Below are positions 39,671 through 52,100 of a DNA stretch of 64,000 bases, piece after piece. The stretch is from the IMG/VR virus record IMGVR_UViG_3300002056_000074; one strand, 5' to 3'. The position numbers and the translations under genes are program-made. The DNA is from a virus. The notes under the pieces were generated by a model, which ran no database searches, was not told the DNA's origin, and saw nothing but the letters and a program-made list of their open reading frames with translations. The stretch's first letter is position 1; each line of letters starts with the position of its first letter.

Positions 39671-41509
39671 ATGGGAAACTTGATACGAGGGTTCATAGAA
39701 GATGCAGATCCACCACCACCATCATCTATAACGATTGGTGTTGTAGTTGGTATAGGAGATGGAAATCAACTGGGTAGGATTCAAGTAAGATGTGCATCAT
39801 GGGGTGATGCTAAATTACCAGATCACTTGGTGCCTTGGGCTAGATATTGCTCCTCATTTGCAGGTACTACAAATGATATTCCACGAGGTAGAGATGCTGA
39901 CAAATCGGTGGGAACTATAGCTTACGGTCAATGGATGATTCCCGAGGTTGGAAGTCGAGTAATTACCATCATATTAGATAATGATCCCAATCAACGATAT
40001 TGGATTGGCGCTGCCCATGACATTTATTATTCACATACCATGCCTCATGGTCGTTTTTTAGAAGATAAACTACCAAGAACTTCATCCGAGGAACTCATTC
40101 AACCACTCGCAAGGAACTTGGCCACCGCATTCAATTCTAAATTTGATAGTCCTGAATACGCAACCCGTGGAATGGATAGACAAGTTTCTGGAATTAAACA
40201 ACAAGATATTGGTGACGAAGCTACAGTCAGTAAACAATCCGATGAATTAGATCAAGTGATCGAAAGTTATGATGGGAGTACCATAAAACGTTCTCAGGGT
40301 TATTCTTCTGGAATTGTGTCTGCATTATATTCTCAAACAACTCCGGGATTCCATTCATTTTCAATGGATGATGACTTGGACCACTGTAGAATTAAATTAC
40401 GAACTACATCTGGTCATCAAATTATCATGGATGATACTAATGAGAGAATTTATATTAGTACTGCACAGGGAAAAACATGGATCGAGATTGATGAAAAGGG
40501 GACCATTGATATTTACGGATCTCAGGATATTTCATTAAAGGCAGATGGCGACTTAAACTTAAGTGCAAAGAAAACTATTAGAATGTCGGGTGGAGAAGGT
40601 GTACATATTGCATCTGCAACTGAATTGCGAATGCATTCGGGGACCGATACTCATATTCGAGCAGATGGTGATATAAAATCACATACAACAAATCTTAAAC
40701 TTTCTACTGATGAAAATATGGAATTTAAAGTTGGTCAGGAGTTTCAACATCTTGCCAATAGTATGATTATCAACTCAGAATCTTCATATGATTTGGATGT
40801 AGTTGATATTTATACAATGAAAAGCTCTGATTATGAATTTGATGGAACCAATGTAAATGTAAATTCAGGAAATGTTGTTATCGAGTCTGGAAACTTATCG
40901 GTAGGGTCAAATGCTAATATAAGTGGAGTTGCACGGGCATCAACCTTAGTGTCATCTGGAGTTGTTCAAGCCGCTTCTGCAGCTATAGCTGGTGGCGTAT
41001 CTGCTAGCGGTATATCTGCTAGTGGATCAATATCTTCATCAGGATCAATCGCTACAGCCGGAGATGTTATTGCTGGTGGTGTCTCACTGGGTTCACATAC
41101 TCATGTCTACATCGCTTCACAACAACCTATCGGTCCCGCAAATACAGCATCTGCCATTCCAACATCAGGGATTCCATCCCCTACACCATCCCCCGAAACT
41201 CCACTTTCACCCGAAACTCCAATACGAGCACCAGCCAATCCTGCAATATCAACAGCAGCTGCAGCTGCAGAGTTGCCTGCATATGCAGTATCTCGCGCAC
41301 CAACCAGAGAACCTTACACTAGAAGTTATCTTGATCGGGATAGAACTGATAAGGATGTGACTGGGGAATCTGCACTAGATGTCATTGAAGTATTAAAAAC
41401 TGATGATGTTGATTCTATTCTAGAATATGAATCTACTAACAAATTAGCGGGAACAGGTAGTAGTAAACGGGGTATTAGATTTAATAGAAACGCAAGATGG
41501 CGACGTTAA
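39671..41509 (+). CDS. Central spike (gp5/VgrG-like OB-fold + beta-helix)
   Basis: LGRIQV, PWARY, YGQWMIPEVG, RTTSGHQIIMDD, SLGSHTH apex motif. Confidence 0.85.
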   Translation: MGNLIRGFIEDADPPPPSSITIGVVVGIGDGNQLGRIQVRCASWGDAKLPDHLVPWARYCSSFAGTTNDIPRGRDADKSVGTIAYGQWMIPEVGSRVITIILDNDPNQRYWIGAAHDIYYSHTMPHGRFLEDKLPRTSSEELIQPLARNLATAFNSKFDSPEYATRGMDRQVSGIKQQDIGDEATVSKQSDELDQVIESYDGSTIKRSQGYSSGIVSALYSQTTPGFHSFSMDDDLDHCRIKLRTTSGHQIIMDDTNERIYISTAQGKTWIEIDEKGTIDIYGSQDISLKADGDLNLSAKKTIRMSGGEGVHIASATELRMHSGTDTHIRADGDIKSHTTNLKLSTDENMEFKVGQEFQHLANSMIINSESSYDLDVVDIYTMKSSDYEFDGTNVNVNSGNVVIESGNLSVGSNANISGVARASTLVSSGVVQAASAAIAGGVSASGISASGSISSSGSIATAGDVIAGGVSLGSHTHVYIASQQPIGPANTASAIPTSGIPSPTPSPETPLSPETPIRAPANPAISTAAAAAELPAYAVSRAPTREPYTRSYLDRDRTDKDVTGESALDVIEVLKTDDVDSILEYESTNKLAGTGSSKRGIRFNRNARWRR

Positions 41510-41543
41510 TAGTAAATACATATTCAACTATTGAGTTTTTAAG

Positions 41544-41912
41544 ATGACGATATACAAGGGTTTTAGTAGTCACCAATTCAAACAGAATAAACAATTCGGT
41601 CAGCGCGACTTGGAATTGGTTAAAACTGATTTAATCGCACACATTTTTACTCGCCGTGGCTCTCGGGTTATGCAACCAACATTTGGCACAGGTATTCCTG
41701 ATATTTTATTTGAGCCATTGGATGAAATTACTACCGAAATTATAGAGGATGATTTGCGAACGGTATTTAATTATGATCCAAGAGTTGAGTTGATCGATTT
41801 TGATTTGCAAGTTGATGCGGAAAATAGTTCTGTCAATGCAGCTGCTCAATTATTTTATGTAGAATTAAATTTAACAGATAGTCTTGAATTGAATATTCAA
41901 TTTGAGCAATAA
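41544..41912 (+). CDS. Baseplate wedge gp25-like
   Basis: DLELVKTDL..TRRGSRVMQPTFGT.I..LFEPL, YDPRV. Confidence 0.9.
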   Translation: MTIYKGFSSHQFKQNKQFGQRDLELVKTDLIAHIFTRRGSRVMQPTFGTGIPDILFEPLDEITTEIIEDDLRTVFNYDPRVELIDFDLQVDAENSSVNAAAQLFYVELNLTDSLELNIQFEQ

Positions 41913-41962
41913 TTAATGTTTACATCGGCAATAAATAATATGAATAAACTAGAGAGAATTGT

Positions 41963-44900
41963 ATGAGCCGCCAACTATCAACAGCCGAAACATTTGAAAC
42001 GGTGCACGCTGTATTCTCACAGATAAATTTCAATGCGTATGATTACACAACAGTAAAAAAATCTCTCCTAGATTATCTAAAAATATACTATGCAGAGGAT
42101 TTTAATGATTTTATTGAATCATCTGAATTAATTGCGATCATTGAATCATTTGCTTATATAGCAGAATTATTGTCATATCGATTAGACATGAATGCCCAAG
42201 AAAATTTTATGTCAACTGCCCAACGACGCGAATCTATTCTGCGCTTGGCAAAATTAATCTCATACAGACCTTTTAGAAACATTCCTCACCGTGGCTTGGT
42301 AAAGATTACATCAGTGACCACCACTGAACCTGTTATTGATATCGACGGTGTTAGTTTATCAAACACTAAAATTAACTGGAATGATAGTAATAATGTTAGA
42401 TGGAAAGATCAATTTCTACTTGTTATGAATCGAATATTGGAGCAGAATTTCGGAACCGTATCCGTAGATGGTAGGACTCAAGTTGATAATGTGTTATTTG
42501 AATTATATACATTAAACAACTCAAATCGTCAAAATTCTAGAGTATTGTCATACACCACAGCAGTTTCTGATACAACATTTAATATGGAATTGGTTCCAGT
42601 TGAATTAACTGAAGATGGTCCTCGCGAACGCCGCCCAGAAGATGTATCACCCTTTAGTATGCTTTATGCTTCAGACGGTCTAGGTGATGGTTCAGATACT
42701 ACTGGATTTTTAATGTTTACTAAACAGGGTGTTTTGCAAAAGAGAGAAGCATTTTTTGATGGGATAACACCAAACCTTTCACTTGATATACCTGTTAATA
42801 ACATTAACCACACTGATGTTTTTGTCAATAATGTTAATTCTGATACAAGGAAAATTTTTATAAATGACCCAACATCAACCGATTTTACAAATAATGATGT
42901 TAGGTTTGGTGAATGGACCGAAGTTGGTGATGAAAATTTTGAAAATGTTATCTTTAACACCAAGTCAAGTCGTAGAAAATATCAAGTCGAAACGCTGAAT
43001 AATGATCAAATTCGATTAATTTTTGGTGATGGTGAATTTTCAGATATACCTAATGGTTCGTTTGATGTATGGTTTAGAACTTCTGCCAATGACAGTCTAC
43101 CAATACCAAAATCGGCAATCAGTAATGAAACTGCGTCATTTGTGTACCTTGATCCTTTAGGTAGAACACAAACATTTACATTTACGTTTTCCTTAACAGC
43201 TGCACTTCAAAATGCAAGCGAGACTGAAAGTAATGAACATATTCGACGGGTAGCTCCTAATGTGTACTATACACAAGATAGAATGGTGAATGCGAGAGAC
43301 TATAATACCTATATGCTACAAGATCCGAGAATCCTCAGATTACAAGCAGTAAACCGGACATTCGCAGGTGATTCAAAATACATTGCATGGCATGATCCAA
43401 GTGATAGTTATGAAGATACTAAAGTATTCGGGAACGATTTGGCGATTTTTCGTAAACGAGAAGAACCCGTAAATGGACTTACCACATTAATTAATAATGC
43501 AGTATCTCCAACTGAAGTTTTAGACAATACACTTGAGCCATTACTGTCATCGGTAGATTATTTCCTGATTATCGTTTCGAGATTAGAAGCTGTTAGGTCA
43601 AATAATTTATCATATAGACAAACTTTTTCTGGTGATGCACTTAATGATGAACGAACATTAATCGAAACTGAGTTACAAAATTCGATTGATCAAACTAACC
43701 CCAATGGAACGATTGGAAATATTGTTAGTCTATATTTCTCTGTAGAAAATGACCAATGGACGGTTAATAATTCTACCCAAGAGAATATTTTAATTTTTCA
43801 AATTACTCCTATTTTTGAATCTGGTAATGTACATGTGGGTTGGAAAATAGATCAGGCAACCGATTCATTTGTAGCATATAGTGATACAACTCGTTTCTGG
43901 AATGACAACGCTTCTGACACACAACTTAATCTAAATTCACTGTTAGTAGAAAGAGATACCCTAACCGTTCTCGCCGCAAACACAACTGCAAATAATAAAT
44001 CTATCATTGGATCAGATGTTAAATTTAATGTATTGAAACGAGAATCACTCAGTGGCTCAGACCTTGATGTAATTCAGAGCTTAAATATTATACCTACTGA
44101 TATCAACAATGATGAAATCCCTGATAATCTACTTCAAACTAATATTTTTGGTGATTTTATTTTGTATTCAAAGGATGAAATTACGGATACTAATGATGTT
44201 AATTATGGAATTGATGTATTGCCATCAACAGGTGGATTCGCTAACACATTTGAATTGCCCAACAGTTATTTGCAATCATTTGAAGACGAGGATGTTGAAT
44301 TATATGTTACTCGTGCAACTGGAATAACAGAGAGATTATTTTTTGGTCAAGACTGGTCAACTCCACCACTAGGAAACCCCTCTAATTCAGACGCATCCAC
44401 TGTTATCAGAACATGGGTGCAAATACGAAATACATCAACACGTACAGGAGATATCTATAAAATTAGGGCTAAGCGTTATGTATATTTCGCCCGAACTTCA
44501 ACAAATGATACCTTTTCCGTGGTTGAAGATACTGAGAATGTAATATTAACTTTTTTCCAAGAAGAGACATCAGCAAATAATCAAAGACTTTATATTCGAT
44601 ATGAAGGTAGATATCCATTAAATTTCTCTTGGTTTCACTCAACACCTGACTTACATTTAATTGATCCCTCTCCTAGTAATATTATAGATATGTTTGTTAT
44701 TACAGAGGGATACTTCAGGAATTATAATTCATATATAAATGGTGATATTAGTTATTTGCCAAGCCAACCCTCTAGCTATGAATTATCTCAAACATTTTCT
44801 AACTTACTAACCAGTAAAATGATATCAGATACTGTCATAATGCACTCAGGCAATCTACGACCACTATTTGGAAAAAGGGCGAAAAATTCTGATCAAGCTA

Positions 44901-45223
44901 TAATTAAGTTAGTATTAACTCCACAGAATACGGCATCTCAGAATGATATCAAAAATAAAGTTATCGGCGTGGTTAGAGACTTCTTTGATATTAGTAATTG
45001 GAATTTTGGTGAAACTTTTTATTTTAGTGAACTGTCTGCTGCAATTCACTCACAACTAAGCTCAAGTGTTAGTTCGGTAGTGTTAGTACCCAATGCATCA
45101 AAATTTCAATTTGGTGATTTGTATCAAATAGAATCTTGTCAGAATGAAATTTTTGTTCCTGATATTTCAGTATCAGAAATTGACATAATCGATAATTTAA
45201 CCTCATTAAACTTGAATCAATAA
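41963..45223 (+). CDS. Baseplate wedge gp6-like
   Basis: EDFNDFIESSE, ENFMSTAQRRESILRLA, FGDGEFSDIP, APNVYYTQDRMVN..DY, NWNFGETFYFSEL. Confidence 0.9.
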   Translation: MSRQLSTAETFETVHAVFSQINFNAYDYTTVKKSLLDYLKIYYAEDFNDFIESSELIAIIESFAYIAELLSYRLDMNAQENFMSTAQRRESILRLAKLISYRPFRNIPHRGLVKITSVTTTEPVIDIDGVSLSNTKINWNDSNNVRWKDQFLLVMNRILEQNFGTVSVDGRTQVDNVLFELYTLNNSNRQNSRVLSYTTAVSDTTFNMELVPVELTEDGPRERRPEDVSPFSMLYASDGLGDGSDTTGFLMFTKQGVLQKREAFFDGITPNLSLDIPVNNINHTDVFVNNVNSDTRKIFINDPTSTDFTNNDVRFGEWTEVGDENFENVIFNTKSSRRKYQVETLNNDQIRLIFGDGEFSDIPNGSFDVWFRTSANDSLPIPKSAISNETASFVYLDPLGRTQTFTFTFSLTAALQNASETESNEHIRRVAPNVYYTQDRMVNARDYNTYMLQDPRILRLQAVNRTFAGDSKYIAWHDPSDSYEDTKVFGNDLAIFRKREEPVNGLTTLINNAVSPTEVLDNTLEPLLSSVDYFLIIVSRLEAVRSNNLSYRQTFSGDALNDERTLIETELQNSIDQTNPNGTIGNIVSLYFSVENDQWTVNNSTQENILIFQITPIFESGNVHVGWKIDQATDSFVAYSDTTRFWNDNASDTQLNLNSLLVERDTLTVLAANTTANNKSIIGSDVKFNVLKRESLSGSDLDVIQSLNIIPTDINNDEIPDNLLQTNIFGDFILYSKDEITDTNDVNYGIDVLPSTGGFANTFELPNSYLQSFEDEDVELYVTRATGITERLFFGQDWSTPPLGNPSNSDASTVIRTWVQIRNTSTRTGDIYKIRAKRYVYFARTSTNDTFSVVEDTENVILTFFQEETSANNQRLYIRYEGRYPLNFSWFHSTPDLHLIDPSPSNIIDMFVITEGYFRNYNSYINGDISYLPSQPSSYELSQTFSNLLTSKMISDTVIMHSGNLRPLFGKRAKNSDQAIIKLVLTPQNTASQNDIKNKVIGVVRDFFDISNWNFGETFYFSELSAAIHSQLSSSVSSVVLVPNASKFQFGDLYQIESCQNEIFVPDISVSEIDIIDNLTSLNLNQ

Positions 45224-45224
45224 T

Positions 45225-45569
45225 ATGAAACTTCTAAAAGAATTAAGTGAATTACAGTTCGAAGAAACGCTATTGGATGAAATGCCTGATATTTTAGAGG
45301 AGGCAGAATATCAAGGTAGGCAAGTTGAATTGAATAAGCCTATGCGAGATAGTGGGGGAAATAAAAAATTTAAAGTATATGTTAAAAATGATAAGGGGAA
45401 TGTAGTAATTGTTCGATTTGGCGACCCGGATTTATCGATAAAGCGAGATGACCCTAAAAGAAGAAAATCTTTTAGGGCTAGACATAACTGTGATAATCCC
45501 GGTCCAAAATGGAAAGCTAGATATTGGAGCTGCTATCAATGGAGAGCCAATTCTAAGGTTGAGGGTTGA
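45225..45569 (+). CDS. Conserved small basic phage protein
   Basis: EAEYQGRQVELNKP, KKFKVYVKN, FGDP, RRKSFRARHNC..KARYWSC. Confidence 0.7.
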   Translation: MKLLKELSELQFEETLLDEMPDILEEAEYQGRQVELNKPMRDSGGNKKFKVYVKNDKGNVVIVRFGDPDLSIKRDDPKRRKSFRARHNCDNPGPKWKARYWSCYQWRANSKVEG

Positions 45570-46050
45570 CGACCGTCAACCAATTAGGAATTTGCCTATT
45601 TTTATAAGCCATTAGGGGCAACTTTTCGGTCATATACAACTTTCGATACGCATCCAAAGATTTGTTAGACTTGCAATAATCTGGCATACATTGAGGTGGT
45701 TCGAAAAATTCACCAGCCTCTAATGTGGGTGGTGGGGTTTGTAATAAATCTATAATGCCTTTACGTTCTGTTAAATGTATTTTTTCATATCTATGTGTAT
45801 ACTCCAGCGCAGTTTCTTTTAGTAAATTAGCCAACCATAGATAATTATCACAATTCGCCCTCGCCCATATTGTACTTGGGTGATTTTTGTGTGTCATTTT
45901 ATACAATCGATCATCAGCACTTTCACCCAATATCACTCGATGAGCAGTGCTTAAAATTTGACTATATTCTAGAATCATTTTGACCACGTGCGTGTTATAC
46001 ATAGATTTCGCACAGTCAGAGGGATCAGTTTCTATATAAAAAATATTCAT
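45553..46050 (-). CDS. Pyrimidine-dimer glycosylase/DenV-superfamily-like protein
   Basis: MNIFY..DP..CA..HVVKMILE..Q.LSTAH, HKNHPSTIW, EYTHRY.K.H, PQCMPD; extended -10 TGgTATAAT at 46082-46090. Confidence 0.7.
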   Translation of the reverse strand: MNIFYIETDPSDCAKSMYNTHVVKMILEYSQILSTAHRVILGESADDRLYKMTHKNHPSTIWARANCDNYLWLANLLKETALEYTHRYEKIHLTERKGIIDLLQTPPPTLEAGEFFEPPQCMPDYCKSNKSLDAYRKLYMTEKLPLMAYKNRQIPNWLTVVNPQP

Positions 46051-46148
46051 AAAATAATTTAATTAATTTGACTTTGATGTTATTATACCATCAAATGGAG
46101 ATTGTAACACTAACCATAAATAACATCATAACAACGTAAGGTAGAACT

Positions 46149-49100
46149 GTGTCGAATAATTCCGATTACTCAAAAATACGAAGTCGAATAGATAAAATAA
46201 TTCCTGACGCCTATCAATCTGATATTGGCGAATCTTTTATGGAAAATACTATCAATCGATTTTTAACAAAAAAAGAGACTGAATATGTTGATGGTTTTGT
46301 TGGTGCTCCTAATACACACACAACCACATCCAGACAATTAAATGAGCCAGATATTATTAGTCAGGCAAATCAACTACAGCCAATTATTACCACTATATTA
46401 GGCACAGAAAAGCGATATATGTCATGGGCGGATGTTATTAGTGAATTGCGTCTACAGGGCGTTGATATATCACAATTGCCTATTTGGGGAGCAACTGACA
46501 AATATAATTGGGTTCCCCCGATTGATATAGACAAACTTATCTATTTTAGAGATTATTTTTGGGTTAGTGATGATATCAAATCAACTCCAGAATATATAAC
46601 AATCAAAAACTGTCAAACCACCGCACTATCACGAGTTAGACGAATTGAAAAAATGATTGAACGATATGGTAACAATTTTCCAATTGTTGAATTATTAGAA
46701 AAGAGTGGTAGTACATTTTCCATAGTTCGAATTGACCCTGACAATTCACTAGTTAGGGTTACTGGTAATGTATTAGATGTATTATCAATTGGTGAATGCA
46801 TCTCCATTCAAAATACTGCCACTAATAATAATGAATATGAAATTGCAGCATTGACATATAATACAGAAGATAATTGGACTATTATTGAAGTCACTGGTAA
46901 TACTTTAGTATCAGAAGAATTTGTTGGTCAAGTTCGATATACAGAATATAACGGAATTGTATTGAGTGGTCTGTTGGATAATTTATTTGAAAGCAACTTT
47001 ATGTTTGATGTCAACGATTCGATCAATTCAAAATTAAGTGGTGACACATTTATTACAGTTAATTCGGAATATAATAGTGAGGATAATACCACGACAATTT
47101 TTTTCGATGGTGCCATAACTTCTGGTGTGGTATCTGGCAATGTAACATTAAGCAATCAATTAACCATTGCAGAAAATAATGCAACTGAAGATTGTTTTTT
47201 ACTTACACCAGAATCTGAACATCAATGGTCAAAATCGAATAAATGGGTACATCGAAATGATGTTAGAAATTTTGCATCAGCGAAACAAGCTAACTATCCA
47301 GTCATAGAATTTGATTCTGGAATTGAATTAAATGAATACTTAGAAACTAAACATATATGGAAATATAGAAAATTTAATGGAGATTCATTTGAAGAAATAT
47401 CCACAACACCGAACTTCCTAGAGTTAAAGCCTGCAACGGTTGATTTTTTTACTGCTGGTAATACAGTTGCCGTATTGGATAAGGTGGTTGGAAATCTATC
47501 TAGTTTATTTGTTCCGGGATTCGAATTTTTAGATCAAAATAATCAACAGTATGTTGTCGCATCATCTACGTTTGAGTATGATGTAAATACACTCCAATAT
47601 AATACACGCATAACAATAACGACAATTTTTGATTCTGGTACAACTTCTTTTATACCAAAAGTAACTAGCTTGGGTGATGTCTGGATTGGCTACAATCAAC
47701 ATTGGATATATGCTGGAGTTGAGTCCGAATTACCCACTGCATCTCCACCCATGAATCCATTGGGAGTTATCAATGAATCAATAACATTTATCACCAATAA
47801 TGCGGATTATGATTACCGCGTAGGAGATACAGTACAGGAAGTTATTGTTAAAAATATTACTAATAAAGTTTTTGAATTTGAGTCTTCTGATTTAAAAAAT
47901 CAGGTATTATTGAGTTCTGGAGATTTTAGGGTATATGTAAATAACATTAGACGCTATGGAGATTTTAATGAAATAGAAGATCCTAACACTAACCAATTTG
48001 TTGTGGGTGTTGAATTTAATGATTCGGTATCATTTTCTGTTGGTGATATTATTCGTTTTGAAGTCGGTTCTATTTTATTATCTGATCATGGATTAACTAA
48101 TGTTGATGTTCGTGTAGAGCCAGATGACTTTATTTTTAATACTACACAAGTTACAGAATTAGTTAGTATTACTAGAATTCAAAAATTGGAGCAGTTGAAG
48201 AGTTCAAAAAATCAATATCCGAATTATAATTTGTATAATATTGACGGTACGTCGGCAAATGCCGCAGCACCATTAATGGAATATACAATCGATCAGAGTG
48301 CACCAGTAATTTCCGAACTTGCGAGGCGAATAAAAGTAGATAGATTAGAGGAAAACTATTCGTTTACACAAAATTTAATTAATGATACTTCTTTATTGGG
48401 ATATAAGGAAATGCCAACTACCACCTTCTGGATAGATGTTGGAAAGCAAACAATCTACAAAAATATAGATTGTGTGTGGAATAAAGAATTTATTCAAGGA
48501 AACGTATTCAACACTGCAAGTTTTGGTGCTGAGCCTAGTATAAAATTTGAAGGTTTGATTTGGTTTGATTCTAGTAATGAAGTCCTTTATGTTTATGAGT
48601 CGGGTTCTTTTGTTGAATCTACCTCTTATGTAATTACTAATAATGAAAACCCTTCACTGAAATCTATTTGGCGAAAAGCCAAAGAAAAGTATGTGCCGAT
48701 TATGCGCGATTGGAATGGTAGGTCAGAAAGTGAATATAATCAAGAGAAAGCTGCTTTTATTGCTTCATTGATTGAAAATTTACAATTTTCAGATAATACA
48801 TTATCTGATTCTGATGCTAATGAACAGGCAAATACGGTCTGGTTTGCACGCCAATCAAATGAATTGTCGCCAACTGGTGAATGGGTTGGTGATTGGACAT
48901 TGCCTGATTATTTTTACTATAATATAGAAAATGAGAATAGGGTGGAATTATCTTCTAAGCAGTTAATTGGTCATTTTGAAGATATTATCAATAGCCAAGA
49001 CAAGGTTCCGGGATTTTTAGGAACTCGACGTGCCCAGTTTCATACATTAGAAAAACATGAGGTAGATTTTGGAAAGGGTGGAAATATACGCCAATATAAT

Positions 49101-52100
49101 AACAATTTCTCAACATTCATCTCTTCTGTTTTTGTTGATAATATTATTATTCCATCACTAATAGAATTCGCCCAAAATCAATATCAAGTTACTCTTGATC
49201 GAGCTACCCGAATAGGCGAACGAAGCATTTCTGATATATTAAATGGTGATCCTATAATATTCAGAGACTTGTATCCACAATTACTCACAAAAAATCGTAG
49301 TAACCTATCCGCTAATTCAAATAGAGAATTAGTATATGGTGATAGCACGACATTTGATGCAGAGACTAATACTGGAATTCGTAATTGGATTGCAACATTA
49401 CCAAATTTAGGATTTTTATCAGCAGTAAAACCCTCAATCAATGTTGACTCTAATTTGGGTTTATATGAGTTGAGGCATCATGATGGACATCGAGCCGATT
49501 ATACACTTACACCATCTAGATTTACTGCTCTATTTAATGCGATTATAGAAAATAATACAAATGTTAGTAATAGTGTAATCGTTAATGATGTTGACTTACC
49601 AGAAACATATAATGAATTGTTAGCAATCACACCATCAAAAACATTTAGTGGTGGATTTTTATGGATTGATGCTACTAAAAAACAAATTTTTAACTTAAAT
49701 CTAGATTTTATACAGAATAACATTGACCCTCCAACTATTGATGGCTACTTGTGGTTAGATGATTCAACTCCCAATGGAACACTAAAAGTTTCAGATGGTG
49801 TCTCATGGACCACAACTTCTATAGATGATGATGGCAAGTTATTTAATGGCAATACAATAGAAACTTCCAGTACGTCGGCTTGGAGGCAGTTAGATTTAAA
49901 TGAAATAATTTTAGAACTTTTATTTGATATCGAAAATAGTTTATATGAAAAATCTATTGATCCGATTTATAATTTTGATATTTCGTCAGATTTACAATCT
50001 TCCTTTTCAACCTATGTAAAAGATATTGAAGAGGATCTTCCGTTTACAAACATTGAATATAATATAACAGACCCATTTTCATGGAATTATCGCCAATCTG
50101 CACCACTATCAAGATTTGAAATGAAAAGTATCGATTTAGCTAATAACTCTTTTATTGTTCAGCAGTTAGTTGCTTCTGCGTTACCAGATGGATCAACATT
50201 TTTTATTAAAAATTCAGGTGTTAATGATGGGACATGGACGGTAGAACATGCGGTTGAAGACCCACAAACACAAACAACTGAAGTTTTTGTAATTGAAAAA
50301 ATTAAAGAATTCTCATTGGGTCTTATGTATAAGGGGAAGTTACCAGCAACGACAAATGACGGAAGTGAAACTGCTGCGTACTGGAAAAGTTTATATACTC
50401 AATATTATGGCACACCGTACCCTCACTTAGAACCTTGGATTTTGCAGGGATATAACAGTGAACCAGATTGGTGGAATACCCAGTATAAAAATACTGATAA
50501 TTCTATAGTAGCACGAAGGTGGCTCCCTGAGATGTGGAATAATATTCGTGCAGGGTTTATTCCTTTGGGTTATGAGTTACCTGACGGTCAATTATCAAAC
50601 GGATTAAATGGTCAAGTTACTCAATACAATTATTTTAGTGTAAACATTTCATCAGATGTCATTTCATCGGACGGTGGAGTTACTAACTATCCACCTGATT
50701 CATTATTACCACCATTTTACAATCACACGATTTCACTTCCTACACAACCTGCAACGGTTAGAAGTATTTTTAGTAATTTTGTGTTGGAAATAACTAACCC
50801 TTCTGCTGATTATGAATTTGGACATAATTCAGAATTAGAATACACATGGAAAAATACATCTCAATTTTTATATGATAGATTCTCTAGAAACTTCATAGAA
50901 GATCCTATTAATTTCATAGTTAAGACATTTGGATACAACTATAATACTATAGATGGTTTATTGATTGACGTAGATACTCAGAATGTTCCCTCTAATAAAA
51001 ATTTATTGCTGCATGGAACAATTACTAATGATAATAGTATCGTTAAGGTGAAGGGATTGAATCAGTGGTATGTCAATTATAATAGATACACCGGCTCTGA
51101 TACGAATAATTCAAGTTTCCTATCTCTTTGGAAATTTTGGACTGCACCTTTAGCATATCAATTCAATTCATTTATCGATACTCGAACGTTAGACGTATCG
51201 AATAATAATGTGGATGTAGATAATAATGTAGATTATTCAGTGTTTGTAAAAAAGACTAATGGAATAGAAGAGCATTCAATATCTGGATTAATAGCCACAA
51301 TTTTAAATATTCCACCAAAAATGGTAAACTTCGACAATTCACATTTATGGAAGATTCAAGTATCTAATAATTCATCACGGGTTAATAAATTAACTGCATA
51401 TGATGTGATGAATTATCCCTTTTATGCTGACGTTGATACTAATATATGTACCCTCTATACTTATAAAATTGTTAATGTTGAGGAAGTACAACAAGTTATT
51501 GAAATTGATGGGGATATTAGTGATTTGGTTCCAGTAAATTCTGAAATAATTATTAATAAGGTTGATACCTTTACCGTATCGGGAGTTACATTTTCTGAAC
51601 TTGAAAGTAAAACTAAGATTGTTTTATTAGAACCAATCTCTTCGATATCATCTAATGATCTAATTACATTTAATACCAAAACAATTCCTTGGGAAACTGG
51701 GGACGCTATTTGGCTATCTACTGAAGCTCGTCTGCCATCACCACTTTTTGGTGATGTTCCTAATTTTGGTCCAATACAATATTTTATTATTCGACTATCA
51801 GATAGTGAATTTCAAATAGCAGAGACTGAGGCAGCAGCACTTGCACACTTGCCCATAGAATTATTGTCGAGTGGACAATCTATTCATTATGTTGGGCAAT
51901 TGGAAAATACATTTATTGCAAAAGAAGGAAAGTATACTTCTAATTTTTGGCGTCATTATAAACTTGATGAGCGTTATACTACTACCATAACTATGCCCGG
52001 CATCATCAATGGGATGCAAAACTTCATCAATTTCGTTGATGGGTATGTTGCGGTTAAAACTGGGGAGGGATTTGATTTTACGGACGAAACCCATGCGTGG

